51,421 nucleotides of DNA from contig NC_068984.1 of NCBI RefSeq assembly GCF_001194135.2, positions 52,628,496 through 52,679,916 of the forward strand, written 5' to 3'. Under the pieces are notes generated by a model. It worked only from the letters and a program-made list of their open reading frames with translations, was not told where the DNA came from and made no database searches. Source of the stretch: Octopus bimaculoides (lineage: Eukaryota). How positions within the stretch are numbered: the stretch's first letter is position 1; every line of letters starts with the position of its first letter. A program made the position numbers and the translations under genes. This document shows positions 11,999 to 25,019 of this stretch, piece after piece.

Positions 11999-14360
11999 TC
12001 CCAGGATTCAAGAGAATCAGGTACTTAAATAGTCAAAGCACAAAGGTCAGGTCAGTGATAGCGTTATCGTGTACAAACAATATATAAGGTCAAATACGTA
12101 GTTACTAAAGTAAACATAAGTTTGTATTCCTGTTACGCATACATTAAGAAATGGCTAACTGAATTTGGGTTGGAAGAGTCATATGGCACTATGTACTTGT
12201 TCTTGAGAAGTTCTAATTGTTAACTCTTGCCTGATGAGAACGTTTTTTTTTTTTTTTGTGTTCCACTCAATCAATTGTGAAATTATTGCTAATATCATTG
12301 ATTTGTCTGCATTGTAACGAGGAACAATTGCTGAATATCGAATAGTTTCTATTCAGCGTAAGTATTGAACTTAACGCACAAGTTTATGCGTGTTCCTTTT
12401 AATTACATATAGTGGCGACCAGGTTTCAACTAATGTCTATACTACTGCATCGAAGTGATAGTATAATGATTTTATTACTGCATGGACACTCACCAAGAGC
12501 TTCAAAATTATATAAGTGATGTTGGGTTTTGTTATATTCCATCAAATTATAAAGTTCTGATGTAGTTTTTGCATGTTGAAGACGAAAATCACCCTTAGTT
12601 TTTCCAGAAATTAATAATAAGGAAGTCAAAAGCATTTAGATTTATGTAATGTTAGCTAATCGAAAATTTCTATTGCCGACATAAAACGTGTACTAATCTC
12701 CATTGTCATGGAGACGAAACCTTTTCATGCTCTCTTGACATGCTAGAAATACCAACCAAATCTTCCTTAAACTGCACCACAAGTCTAAAAAGATTCGCTT
12801 GATGCAGACCCAAGTGTTTTCCTCCGATCTTGTATGCCATTCTTCAATTTCTGTTCCAATCGATTTCATATAAGCTATAATGCTGTAGTTTTGTGTGCTA
12901 ATCATTGACAAGAAATTCATTTTCGCCATAAATCAATATATAAAGAGTTAATAGTTTGCAAATTCTGGGCAAGTTTAGCCAATCGTAAGCCACAGACACA
13001 TTCATACTTGTTTCCATAGTAAGAAGCCAAGCTATTACCAAGCTATTTACTCACGCAGGCATTTCTCACATATTAAATGGTGGTTATGAGATGTGCTAAA
13101 AATAATAACAAATCCCGCACCCAATTTTTTGTTTGTTTTAGTTTTTGCATAATCGTATGAATTCCCGTGTGTAGAATACAAATTCGCAAAAAAAATAAAA
13201 AAATAAAAAAGTTATGAGGGATTATATAGCGTGCGTAAAGCAAAATTCCGCCAATATTTCATTTGTTTACAGTTGACAACACGTGCTGTCAAGCACAAAA
13301 TAACAGCTTCCAAATCCTGTTTTCTGACCAGGTAAAAATGATCAAACTTTAAAAACTCTGTAACATAAAAAATACAAAATTCTGGAATAAGTGAAATATC
13401 TCCTGAGATTCAGCGTGGAAAATTACATCAATACACCAAATTTTAAAATTTTCAATAAACTTAGAAATTTCCACAGGTTCAGCCAAACACAAAAGATCCC
13501 TTTCCTCTGGTTGAGTGTTATTAATAACACTTAAATTAAAGTCAGCCTCCACGAGTGTATTTTTTCTTTATCGATCTCACGACCCTCAAAAATTGTTAAC
13601 AATGTTTAAAAAAATTGTTTTTAATAATACTCAACAAGTGAAAAGCATTCGGGCCTACCTCAAGCGAGGAAAATAAACAGTGCCATGGCACAATGGTTTG
13701 TCCGTTTTGTTTTTCAAGTAATATCATGGAATTTAAAGAAAACTTGGCTGCTATTCATTGCATACGCACAAACACAGACAATACACACACATATCAACTT
13801 CATACACACACATATACTTTGTCCAACAGTCTGTCATAATTTATTCTCCCACCGTATTGGCAGTTCTCGTTGGTGTACGGCCCGCCTGATGATGAATCAT
13901 GTCTCATGTGCCCGCATCTCGAAAAAGATTGCCCCATGCCTGACCTAATTCCTTTAGGCAAGACACAAGTTCAAGCTGTTTAGCCACAGGCTAGTCTTGA
14001 TTAAGCCGATGTATGATCAATGACCTTCAAACCGTGACCATAAAATCTTTTTGTATGTATAGGATATTGCGTTTTATTAATAAAACAACAACAACAACAA
14101 CAAACGGTAAGATGCAATTTGAGGAAATTTTGCCGCTATTTTTAGCAAATAAAGCGACCGCGTAGACCAGTGGTTGGCAACGACCACTGTTATTTGAATG
14201 AATTTTCACACAGTCCTTAGGCTTTAAAAAAGGCTCGTCTGCTTAATAATCTGATTTTATTAACTTGTTTCATCTTTCAGTTTAGATATAAAGTAAATGA
14301 TTATGTAACTGAGAGTTAAACATTTTACATTGCAAAGTTCTAAAATTTTGTACACAGACA

Positions 14361-14520
14361 CAGGCATGATTGTGTGGTAAGAAGCTTGCTTCCCAACAAC
14401 ATGGTTCCGGGTTCAGTCCCACTTCATGGCACCGTAGGCAAGTGCCTTCTACTATAGTCTCGGGCCAACCTAAGCTTTGTGGTGGATTTGGTCGGCGGAA
14501 ACTGAAAGAAGCCCGTGTTT
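14361..14520 (+). mobile_element. SINE family A, 5' half
   Basis: TGTGTGGTAAGAAGCTTGCTTCCCAA...GGGTTCAGTCCC head and body. Confidence 0.85.
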
Positions 14521-15904
14521 ATATATATATATATATATATTTACCGTCCGTGGTTAACAGACCTCTGGTCAATGGTGTTCTAAACATAAATACCCGGTCC
14601 TTTTCTTGGGCAGTGCATATCTAGGACAACATTATCCAACGTAACCCTCCTTTTTCAAAACTGTAAGATATAATTTAAGGAAAGGTTTGACTGCTATATT
14701 TAGCAGACCGAACCTTCACGTTGAAACTCTTGTTTCAGCTTAATTAATTATGAATATTGAATTAAGTGGTAATTAACATAGTTAATACCAGAGGCATTAG
14801 GACATCGAGTTGCTGAAGTCAGACATGAAAGATAAGCAAAAAAAAAAAAAATGGAAGAAAAAAATTGATTTGTGCAGGATTTGAACAAAAGGATGTTTTC
14901 TTACTTTGCCGCAGTTATGTCAGCCAATGTACCCTGGGAGTAAGGAACCTATTAACTGATAAAGAGCACAACTGGTTATTATTCTATTCTGAGGCGATCG
15001 TTATACTACGCATGCTGGGAAGGCAGCTGTTCATTGAGTACGGGTATAAAGAACACATAGTGATGGCGTAGTGTACACCATCATCTGAACAAAAAATAAA
15101 AGACCGATCTTTCAAATTTGCGACTTCAGTTTTGTAATATTGTGTCATCTTCTGTTTATATAATTAGAAACTGCTTATTTACGTTAGTTGTTTATTCCAT
15201 TGGTTACTAGATAAATTCTATAACTGATTTCATGTTATGTAACTTCGAGTGAAAATATAAATTCATACTCAAAGGACTTTAACTTGATGGAATATTATTT
15301 TCATACTGAACAATAAAATGGAAATATTTTGATAAATTTAATGAACATAATTCGTTCTTTATTATTAGTTGTATGATTCATTCAGTCATATGTAGCAGGG
15401 ATATTTGGCAGAGTTTCAAATACCAACTCACTGCCCCAGAACCAAACCCGAATCACTGTATTTACACATAAAAAAATTACAATAACAGAAACAAGATGCT
15501 GTCAAGGATTGATGACGCCAGCCAAACGCTGGCCTCTCAAATCAAAAGACCCAGCAAATATTTAAATTATTAGATCCCGGTATTATAAACAAGCATTGTT
15601 TATTTATTTATTTTCGGACAAAAGACATTGAATTCTCATTAACAATTTCGTATTCGGCACCTTTTTCTTTGACAGACAGCAGCTATATATAGTTTGTTTT
15701 TTTTCTGCTAAGCCACCAGTGACAGTAAGACAGCCAATACCATCGACAATCAACATTGGCTACGGACCACGACGACAGTGATGACGATAGTAGTCATGAC
15801 GCAGCTTAAGCCAGCAAGCTGCTAGAATCCACACCACTCATGGTTGATGTCTTTGTCGGGCTACATCTTATACGAGCTATAGAACTGATTCGCTTAAATA
15901 TTTT

Positions 15905-16365
15905 TTAAGTAAAATTCAAAAACAATATTTAGATATTTGTACATACCTTTATTCAACCATTTTGTTCCACTACCTTTCGTCATCTTTGAGGCAGCTTTTT
16001 TATTCCGTCCTCCCAGAACTTAGCATCTTTCTGGATATTGAACTAGTCTAAGTGTTTTTTTACAGTTTTCCAAAGAATTGGAGTTCTTCCTATCGAGAGA
16101 ATTTTGCAGGGATGGTAATCCGAAGGTGCAAGGTCAGGTGAGGGTGGTTAGTATGGTAAGGCATTCCAGTCAAGCTGTACCGACTTCAACCGCAAGGGAA
16201 CATGAGGTATAGCGTTGCCCTGAAGGAAGACGACACCCTTCCGATTAGCCAATTCAGGACGTTTTGATTTTTTGCGGAAGGAGCTCGTAATACACGATGT
16301 TCTTCCAATACTATCAGAGACCGAGCATCACCCTCTCTGGACACTGACCAGCTTTTGGAGTGATT
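15905..16365 (-). pseudogene. mariner transposase remnant (mellifera-like), C-terminal half
   Basis: Manual translation across frameshifts gives IVYYELLP, KRPELANRKGVVF, PPSPDLAPSDYH, QKDAKFWEDGIKKLP and KVVEQ, which are mariner catalytic-domain motifs. Confidence 0.8.
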
Positions 16366-16479
16366 AAAGAACAAATGCAGCTATAAACTTGAGTATTCCA
16401 AGAAAGCGAAGCAAATATGTAAATACTTAAAAATCACTTATTAAATGCCATTAAATGGAAATATATTAATTTAATATTC

Positions 16480-16626
16480 TCTTCGGTTTCAAATCCCGTC
16501 GAGGTCAACTTTGCCTTTTATCCTTTCGGAGTCGATAAAATAAGTACCAGTTGAGTACTGGTATTGATTTAACCGATTTAGCCCCTTATTCAAAATTGCT
16601 GGCGTTGTACCAAAATTTGAAATCAA
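16480..16626 (+). mobile_element. SINE family B, 3' part
   Basis: GAGGTCAACTTTGCCTTTTATCCTTTCGGAGTCGATAAAATAAGTACCAG. Confidence 0.8.
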
Positions 16627-17763
16627 TATTCTCTTCTTTTAAATCTTTTCAAAATTGTTATTATAACTTCTCAGGAATGATTCCAGTTTCTTGTTGCTGT
16701 TGTTGCTGCTGCTGTCGCCGTCGTCGTTGTTTAGGCGTTGATTTATTTATCTGGTAATCCTTCCTATTAAGATTGTTTATGACACCGCCATTTTATCATT
16801 AGATCAGTTTCTCTGAAATATTAATATATATGTATTCCTCTGTACTACTACGTATCTCGCTTTACCCCTCTCGTTCTTCCTCTGTTACTACTACGTATCT
16901 CTTTTTCCCCCTCGTTTTTCCTCTCTTTCTCTTTTCCTCTCGTTGCTCACCTATTCTTCTACTTCCTCCCTCTGTTTCTCTCTCTTCCCTTTACACCGGC
17001 ATGGTCACATGCTTCCGGTTAATAATCCTTTCCTTCCTTGGCTTTCGCCAAGCAACGCACGCACCACTTTGTCCCTCTCGGGTCCGTGCCTCATCGCGTT
17101 CTTACACACATAATTTTTCTCGTCTGGCCGTAAAGCCTTTTCTGTTTGTTTTCCTGTCTTGTTTTTTGTCCGCCACTACATTCNNNNNNNNNNNNNNNNN
17201 NNNNNNNNNNNNNNNNNNNNNNNNNNNNNNNNNNNNNNNNNNNNNNNNNNNNNNNNNNNNNNNNNNNNNNNNNNNNNNNNNNNNNNNNNNNNNNNNNNNN
17301 NNNNNNNNNNNNNNNNNNNNNNNNNNNNNNNNNNNNNNNNNNNNNNNNNNNNNNNNNNNNNNNNNNNNNNNNNNNNNNNNNNNNNNNNNNNNNNNNNNNN
17401 NNNNNNNNNNNNNNNNNNNNNNNNNNNNNNNNNNNNNNNNNNNNNNNNNNNNNNNNNNNNNNNNNNNNNNNNNNNNNNNNNNNNNNNNNNNNNNNNNNNN
17501 NNNNNNNNNNNNNNNNNNNNNNNNNNNNNNNNNNNNNNNNNNNNNNNNNNNNNNNNNNNNNNNNNNNNNNNNNNNNNNNNNNNNNNNNNNNNNNNNNNNN
17601 NNNNNNNNNNNNNNNNNNNNNNNNNNNNNNNATGCGTTTTTTTCTTTTTTCAATATTTATTTTTGCTTGCAGTAGCCATTTCTTTTGGGTTAAACTATCT
17701 TATATCCAGCTGTTTCAGATGCCATGATATCAAAAATTGTGAAAGTGTAGTCCAACGGTTTAG

Positions 17764-17897
17764 CTAGGGAATGGTGAAACTATTTTTTCGTTTTCTGAAA
17801 AAGCAATGTTTTGGACTTACGGCACTTCTGCATAATAGCAATGATATCATCTTCAGCACACCGTACGTCATAACGACTGAGAACCACTGATCTAAAA
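17764..17897. mobile_element. hAT-Charlie-type terminus fragment
   Basis: TGAGAACCACTG (17878-17889) followed by ATCTAAAA, matching the Charlie NTCTARAN target consensus. Confidence 0.5.
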
Positions 17898-18036
17898 TCA
17901 ATATGTAGGTGTATATCAATATATAATTGATATTTAGGACTACATAAAAAGGGGAACTTCTAGCAGTTGTTCGACGTACCATATTTAAGACCAAATACTT
18001 ATTGGATATTGTAGTCCTTGATACACTGCTCCTTAA

Positions 18037-18044
18037 TAATAATA

Positions 18045-18098
<54 letters not shown>

Positions 18099-18112
18099 GT
18101 AATGATAATAAT
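18037..18112. repeat. (AAT)n microsatellite
   Basis: Direct reading. Confidence 0.95.
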
Positions 18113-20084
18113 AAATGAGACTCCATCACAGATTAAACATTTTTTTATTAAAGGTTTGCTTGATCAGGGTTAAATCGAAGATAAACAAGAACATATATTC
18201 GTGTTAGTACATGGGTACATTTGTGTGTATGTGCAGTCGTTCGTGTGTATGTTGCGTGTGAAAGCAAGTGATGATAAGCTCCTAGTGAACTAAATCTGGG
18301 ATGAGATTGTAATGCCTATTGATACCATTTCACTGACCTTATACTTCGTATTAGCGCGGCTGACATTGGTCAGAAGACTAGAAAGCGATTAGCCCTTGAG
18401 ATACAAACTGGAGTTAAATCATCACTGAGACTGTTTTTGCATCTCATTGTTCTTCATACACACTGAGCAAAACCAGTAATTTTTTGATTGAGTAGCGAGC
18501 ACATGACATTGAATTTGGTTGCGACCTGTTGTTTAGCTCCGATTAGCACCATTGATAAATCTACTCCTTTTTATCTTTATCTCTGTGAAGTTACTCTACT
18601 AACTTTTTGCATACGAATACGCATTTTGCTGCCTGCTGTGCATACAAGCTTCTAATTTTACGCAGTCATTATCTCGCGGTGAAATCATGTCTTGTCCTAT
18701 TCTCCTTTTGTTCACATGTGGATCTCACACTTTTATTTGTTGGTTGTAAAGAAATATGGTTACTGTCTACCCTTCTTTCTCTCCAAGGTAAGCTTGTTTT
18801 ACTAATTCATATTGTTCCCTAATATTTCATATATTTTCTTTAATGCATAGAAATTCCACTAGAAAACATACAATAAAATATGATTGGTTAAAATTCAAAG
18901 CAAGTTGTCTGATGTGCTGTGACCTATTTCTCGTTACAGGGCTAACGCAGTTTCGATTCTACACCTCGTTACATGTAATTCTCGTCTGCTTTCAGCTCCT
19001 CAAAAATGCTATTAAATAATATCATTTCGCTTTCACTAATTTTTGCAGCACTTTTGTTATTGCTCTAGCATTATTTATAAGTTTTAGCTCGGTTATATTA
19101 TTAATTAGCTTAAATCAATTTATTTTATGATTAAAAGCATTTTTGTTTTTTTTGGTGGGTGGAATGTGAAATCTTTCCCCAGCGAACAGCTCAAGTTCTG
19201 CCTCAGTCTAAACCACGAAAACTTTTGCCGCACATCTACGTGTACAAATTAAATTTAAGTAGTCTTTGTGTTTTCTTTTCTTTGTAAGTTGTCTTGGCTG
19301 TTTGGATAGTAAGCTGAATATACAAAGATTGCCCAAAGTCCGACTTGTTGGTTCTTGCTATCGCCTTACTGCGAACCTTGCTCACAATTAGCCAAATATT
19401 ATTGCTTTTTTGGCTGGATTAAATTTAGGCTGGGAAAATAAAATTACCTCACTCTAAAAATATTTGTTTACTTAAAAACGTAATGTCAAAATAATGTGTG
19501 TTTATTTTTGGTGTTTATTAATGTGTCAAGCTGCTGTGTTAGCAGACTTTTTGTTTGTTTTGTAAACAAGTACATTTATAAGCAATCCATTAATTCTTTG
19601 TTGCAGATCTACTCGAAAATGGATATGCGACAATGTATTAGAAAAAGGCTTGCTGAGGCTACAGAAGATGCTGAACATTCATGAAATCCAAAGGCTCTCA
19701 AATGTCAGCTTCTGCAGAATTCCTATATTTTGACGTTTTTTGATTCAACAACATTTTGACGCCAAGTGGTAACAGGAGAGATCAGAATGTGACAGATACA
19801 GAAAGACAAATAGTGAAGTTGTACAGTTGTGAGGAATCGAAAAATCTTCCACTTGAAAAGAGTTTCTTCACTCTTGCAGCTGATGTTTCTAAGACAGTTG
19901 AGGTTCAGCTCATTCGATATCCTCATCCTGCAGACGCTAGCAACAACAAAAGAGATTTTTATCTTCTCAATCGCGGCTCAGAAAACTCTCATAAAAATTC
20001 ACTCCAGTTTTATGAATTATGTCCATCTATGGTGTACAGTATATCAGAATATATATGTGTGTGTGTGTGTATCATAAAGGGGAC

Positions 20085-20544
20085 CGGTTTATGGGGTTAC
20101 CCTGGGTTTCTCGCTTATAAGGGGTTCAGCCTTACGGCGTATCTTCAGTTCCCAAACATTGCAGGCCTAAGACCTCTTCAAAATATGGAGGGGGAAATGC
20201 CTCTCTATAAAAGTAAACACTAGGTAATTATCTCCCTTTGTCATTGGTCATAGAGCTTCGGCCAAGCCGCCATTTTGTGGTTACCAGAGAACCACAAAGG
20301 TGTACGATTGTCCCTCTTCGGCCTTGACTATTGGCTTCCAGCTGTAGCATCACCTTGCGTATTCCAAAATGCCAGCAGGAATCCGCAAGGCGACGCTACA
20401 GCCGGAAGTCAATAGCCAAGGCCGAAGGGAGACAATCATTTATAGAAAGGCATTTCCCCTCCATATTTTGAAGAGGTCTTAGGCTAGCAGTGTTTCAGAT
20501 CTGAAGATACGCCGTAAGGTATGAGCGAGTAACCCCATAAACCG
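20085..20544. repeat. Segmented fold-back (long imperfect inverted repeat)
   Basis: Stems: 20085-20100/20529-20544 (16/16); 20130-20148/20501-20519 (19/19); 20165-20211/20439-20484 (one indel, one mismatch); 20306-20365/20378-20437 (52/60); 12-nt central loop. Confidence 0.9.
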
Positions 20545-20548
20545 TCTC

Positions 20549-21533
20549 GGATCTTTGTGATTTGACGGGCAACACTTGTTTTCTTAACGAAACACTTTCA
20601 AACTTGGGACACTGGTAGAATGTGTCATACAAAACAACTTTTTCTCTTAGCCTTCTTAACAAAAAAATGTACATCGCAAGTTATTTCATGTTAAAGTTGT
20701 CGTATTTCTGTAATTTCAACTAATCACTGACGTCTATTCAGCTGAATACAGTCAGTGCTTGCCGGTCATAAAAATGTTATTCCCTGTGACATATTTCATC
20801 CGGTTTNNNNNNNNNNNNNNNNNNNNNNNNNNNNNNNNNNNNNNNNNNNNNNNNNNNNNNNNNNNNNNNNNNNNNNNNNNNNNNNNNNNNNNNNNNNNNN
20901 NNNNNNNNNNNNNNNNNNNNNNNNNNNNNNNNNNNNNNNNNNNNNNNNNNNNNNNNNNNNNNNNNNNNNNNNNNNNNNNNNNNNNNNNNNNNNNNNNNNN
21001 NNNNNNNNNNNNNNNNNNNNNNNNNNNNNNNNNNNNNNNNNNNNNNNNNNNNNNNNNNNNNNNNNNNNNNNNNNNNNNNNNNNNNNNNNNNNNNNNNNNN
21101 NNNNNNNNNNNNNNNNNNNNNNNNNNNNNNNNNNNNNNNNNNNNNNNNNNNNNNNNNNNNNNNNNNNNNNNNAGTGCATTAATAATTCTGGTAGCTCCAA
21201 TAACAAGTGCAGGCAATATTCAAGTATTTTGATGGCTTTTTCCCCTTTGTTTACGAACAGTCTAGTTAATCGGAATTGTCAGAACTAACGGGGATTAATA
21301 CCATATACACCGTCACAGTAGTTACTGTATTCAACTGAATAGACGTCAGTGATTAGTTGAAATTATCGAAATAAGACAGTTTTTAACGTGAAATAACTTC
21401 GAATACAAAATTTATTATCTGTTCTATACCACAAAATATACAAGTATACGAAGTTTGAAAGTGTTTCGGTACCAAAAACACTACATAAAAAAATGTTGCC
21501 CGTCAAATCACAAAGGTCCACCATCTCCCTTTA
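20549..21533. mobile_element. MITE-like non-autonomous DNA transposon, centre in N-gap
   Basis: TIR GGATCTTTGTGATTTGACGGGCAACA (20549-20574) vs 21494-21519, 25/26. Long imperfect subterminal arms include TAATCACTGACGTCTATTCAG. Confidence 0.8.
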
Positions 21534-22410
21534 TAATGTTACTGCTCTACATCTTAGGGTGTGCTTCTCCCTCTGATTCATGTATTTCTTCTAACGATAT
21601 ATATACTTAGAAGAGGATGCGTGGCATTCAATCATATAATGATATAAATAATATATGTATATATATATGCATATATACATACATATATGTACATACTTGC
21701 TTATATATATATATATATGTGTGTGTGTGTATGTACATATACGTAAGTATATATGCATACATATATATACATATATACATACATACATANNNNNNNNNNN
21801 NNNNNNNNNNNNNNNNNNNNNNNNNNNNNNNNNNNNNNNNNNNNNNNNNNNNNNNNNNNNNNNNNNNNNNNNNNNNNNNNNNNNNNNNNNNNNNNNNNNN
21901 NNNNNNNNNNNNNNNNNNNNNNNNNNNNNNNNNNNNNNNNNNNNNNNNNNNNNNNNNNNNNNNNNNNNNNNNNNNNNNNNNNNNNNNNNNNNNNNNNNNN
22001 NNNNNNNNNNNNNNNNNNNNNNNNNNNNNNNNNNNNNNNNNNNNNNNNNNNNNNNNNNNNNNNNNNNNNNNNNNNNNNNNNNNNNNNNNNNNNNNNNNNN
22101 NNNNNNNNNNNNNNNNNNNNNNNNNNNNNNNNNNNNNNNNNNNNNNNNNNNNNNNNNNNNNNNNNNNNNNNNNNNNNNNNNNNNNNNNNNNNNNNNNNNN
22201 NNNNNNNNNNNNNNNNNNNNNNNNNNNNNNNNNNNNNNNNNNNNNNNNNNNNNNNNNNNNNNNNNNNNNNNNNNNNNNNNNNNNNNNNNATATATATATA
22301 TATATACGGACAGACTTCCACTAAGACAGGTTTCTCGATTAGAAGCAACCTTATGGGTATACCTACCTATTTGCCCTACATGCATGCATACAGACACATA
22401 CATACATACA

Positions 22411-22441
<31 letters not shown>

Positions 22442-23672
22442 TATCTGTCTCTTTGTCAGTGTGCGCATGTGCATGCATGTATAGCGACGGATAATCAGCG
22501 TGCAGCAGACATAAATCATTATGAAAGGCTGAGAAAGTTTTCCTATTGTCTCAATGGGATCCACAGAGGTCATGGCATCCCTAATAACAAGTACATGAGA
22601 CAAATAACCTACACAAATATAAGTCATAATGAAGAAATCCTTTGCTTTGTTAGTAATTTGTTTGCCATGTTAGATTATCAGTGCATACAAAAGAGTAGGT
22701 CTATGCGGCGAGGAATGAAAGGGGTGGAGTTGAGAAGCTTTGTTTCGAAAGAAGACAGATGTCACGTTCAGACAGTGACGTGTTTCAAAGTGCGATCTCG
22801 TGAAATCAAAATTTTACAGGACATAATAAAAACAATGCCTGAGATAGTCTGTTTTAGGTTTAAGGGCAGGTTGAAATGTAATCTAAAACGAAGTAAAAGA
22901 GATTCCCATTTCTATTTTTTCTATGGATTAGTCCAAAGGTGGAAGGCCGTATTGAAGTTAACTGCTATATACCAAGGCCACATTTCTATATATGTGTGTG
23001 TGTGTGTGTGTGTGACTCTCTTTCTTGCCTTCACTCTTTCTCCCTGTCTTTCTCTCACTTCTATTCTAGCCTTTCCACTTTATCCTTTTACTCTCTCTCA
23101 CCCTCTTGTATTCCTAGCCTTTCTCCTTTCCCTTTCTTCGCCTGTTTTCTCTCTATCGCTCTCTCTCCTTCTCTATTGCCCTCTTTCTCCTTTGCCCACT
23201 GATGTCACGTGACCCGTGGCCAGCTTTCCTTGCTTTCTTTCCCTCTCTAACGTTGGTCCCGTAGCTGACCAGTCGCAAATTCTTTGTCTCATTGCTTTCT
23301 ATCCTTTAAGATGTCTTCTAAACGTTACCCTCTATTCTTGTCTTTTTTGGCCATAAGGCTGTATTTTGTTCGTTTCTTATTTATTTCTTCTTTGTCCATC
23401 GTCCTAAATCACTTTTATTCACTTTCGTGTGTCCACTCTATATTGCTTTGTTTTGTTTGCTCTCGGCCCTATATTCTCCGCAAATTTTTTGCGGGCACTG
23501 CCAATACGGGAAGTTCTCAGTCTTATATTGGTGCGAAACTGAATATTACCATTTTGTTGATAACTAATGAAGAATTAGGGACCTTCTGTGTCTGTCTCTC
23601 ATCCGGTTGTACACGGAGCACAAGTTATGTCGTTTGTTTATTTATCAAACACTTTTTTATTTATTATATATA

Positions 23673-23710
23673 CTAGCAGAAAGACCGCCCTCCGGGCGGT
23701 TTTCTGTTAG
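23673..23710 (-). mobile_element. Helitron 3' terminus
   Basis: Minus strand reads ACCGCCC-GGA-GGGCGGT hairpin, then CTTTCTG-CTAG|T into a TA tract. This is the canonical hairpin+CTRR end. The 5' end was not identified. Confidence 0.65.
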
Positions 23711-24454
23711 CCACTTGATATTATTTTCACATTTGATTCCCAATTCTTATAATGTTCATATTTTACGTCTAGTTATTTCTTTGTATAATAGAGCTCACTT
23801 GCTTAGTAAATATTGCTTTCATTATTTTATCACAGTCATAATCTCTCTTTTTTAAACAAACACCACGGTAGTCCAACTGCAGAGTTAGAAGAAGTTTGTC
23901 AAGTTTTACCATCCCTTCAAAGCAACAGAGAAGGTGCTAAAATGGGCTTTGAATTATGTCTATAACTCATTAGTCAATGTGTTAAGTTTAGTCAAATTAT
24001 AATGCACTGTCAACTTCTTTGATGTAGAAAAATTTTCGGATGATTTTGAAGGTAAAATGTTTGACAAATCAGTAGTAACACGGTGACGATGGTTTATAGG
24101 TCACTTTAGATTTCTATGCTTGACATCAGTAAGTCAACACATGATTTGCAATTTTTTCTTGAAAGAATACACTTAAATACGTCCCTGGGTCAAACAATGA
24201 TGATTACAGGCATCATTTCTGTTGTTGTAGGTCAGACGTACTTCATGTCAGTAATACCCGTGTCTGTCAATGGTCGGTGATGAAAAATATTGACAGAAAA
24301 TCGAATTGTAAAAAAGATCCTGTATTTGACCATCTGATGTATTAGTTCAAAGACTTATCAGCTTATAAAACCTGATGATATTGATTTCTCATATAAATTG
24401 TGCGAATTTGTAAAGGAATATAGCAGACTGAATCGACTCAATACAACATCGTTT

Positions 24455-24870
24455 TCTTGAACTTGCTCGGATTTACCCGACTCGATCTCATTATCCATAG
24501 CGATCCTGCATAGCGTTTAGGTCAGCACAGGGCAATATCTTGTCTGTATAAATCTGGTTGATACAGGTACTTATTGGACGACCAGCCCTTGTATATCCAT
24601 GTCGGGATGTCCATTGGAGTATATCACAAAAGGATCCTTGTTTGGCTTTCCAGCGACGTTTTGTAGAACGCATGCGTCTCTTTCTTATGACATCAGTGAT
24701 TGCAAGAAGATCGCCACACAGGTTTTCTTTGGCTGGATGTTTCTTCCACAAGATTTTCAGAACGATTCGTGACATGTAGGTTTAAGTGCCATCAACCCTT
24801 GCCTCCATTGGTGAGTGCCCAATAAGTGGACCCGTATAATAGACAGATTCCGCAGAGGCTCAAAAGAAGC
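24455..24870 (-). pseudogene. RTE/RTEX-clade LINE ORF, C-terminal fragment
   Basis: CLLYGS..W followed by MSRIVLKILWKKHPAKENLCG...IRKRRMR...LQWTSRHGYTRAGRP...NAMQDR resembles the RTE C-terminus (ILNISWKQHPTK..LYG; LLWTPKHG..GRP). Confidence 0.7.
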
Positions 24871-25019
24871 TTCACATAAAACTATCAGGTAGCGATGACT
24901 TCCCGATGTCATTAATGTCATGAAAACGAATTTTTCAATAAATAGCGTTTATTTTATGAATTATAAATTAATGATGATAGAAACTTTGGCGGAACTTCTT
25001 GTAGGAACGTTGTCTTCGT

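Noticed and set aside
12229-12245. CTGATGA followed by GAACG
   Set aside because: No stem II or GAAA core, so not a hammerhead.
12686-12702. TGTCATGGAG resembling the miR-281 5' end
   Set aside because: Only a 10-nt match and no precursor hairpin.
12426-12929. Adjacent minus-strand ORFs, possible transposase remnant
   Set aside because: No motif I could assign to a family.
22469-23212. 247-aa ORF
   Set aside because: Both ends are microsatellite or pyrimidine tracts and there is no recognisable domain in between.
23470-23580. Weak similarity to Helitron helicase C-terminal motifs (SRIGS)
   Set aside because: Too short and lies outside the mapped Helitron 3' end.
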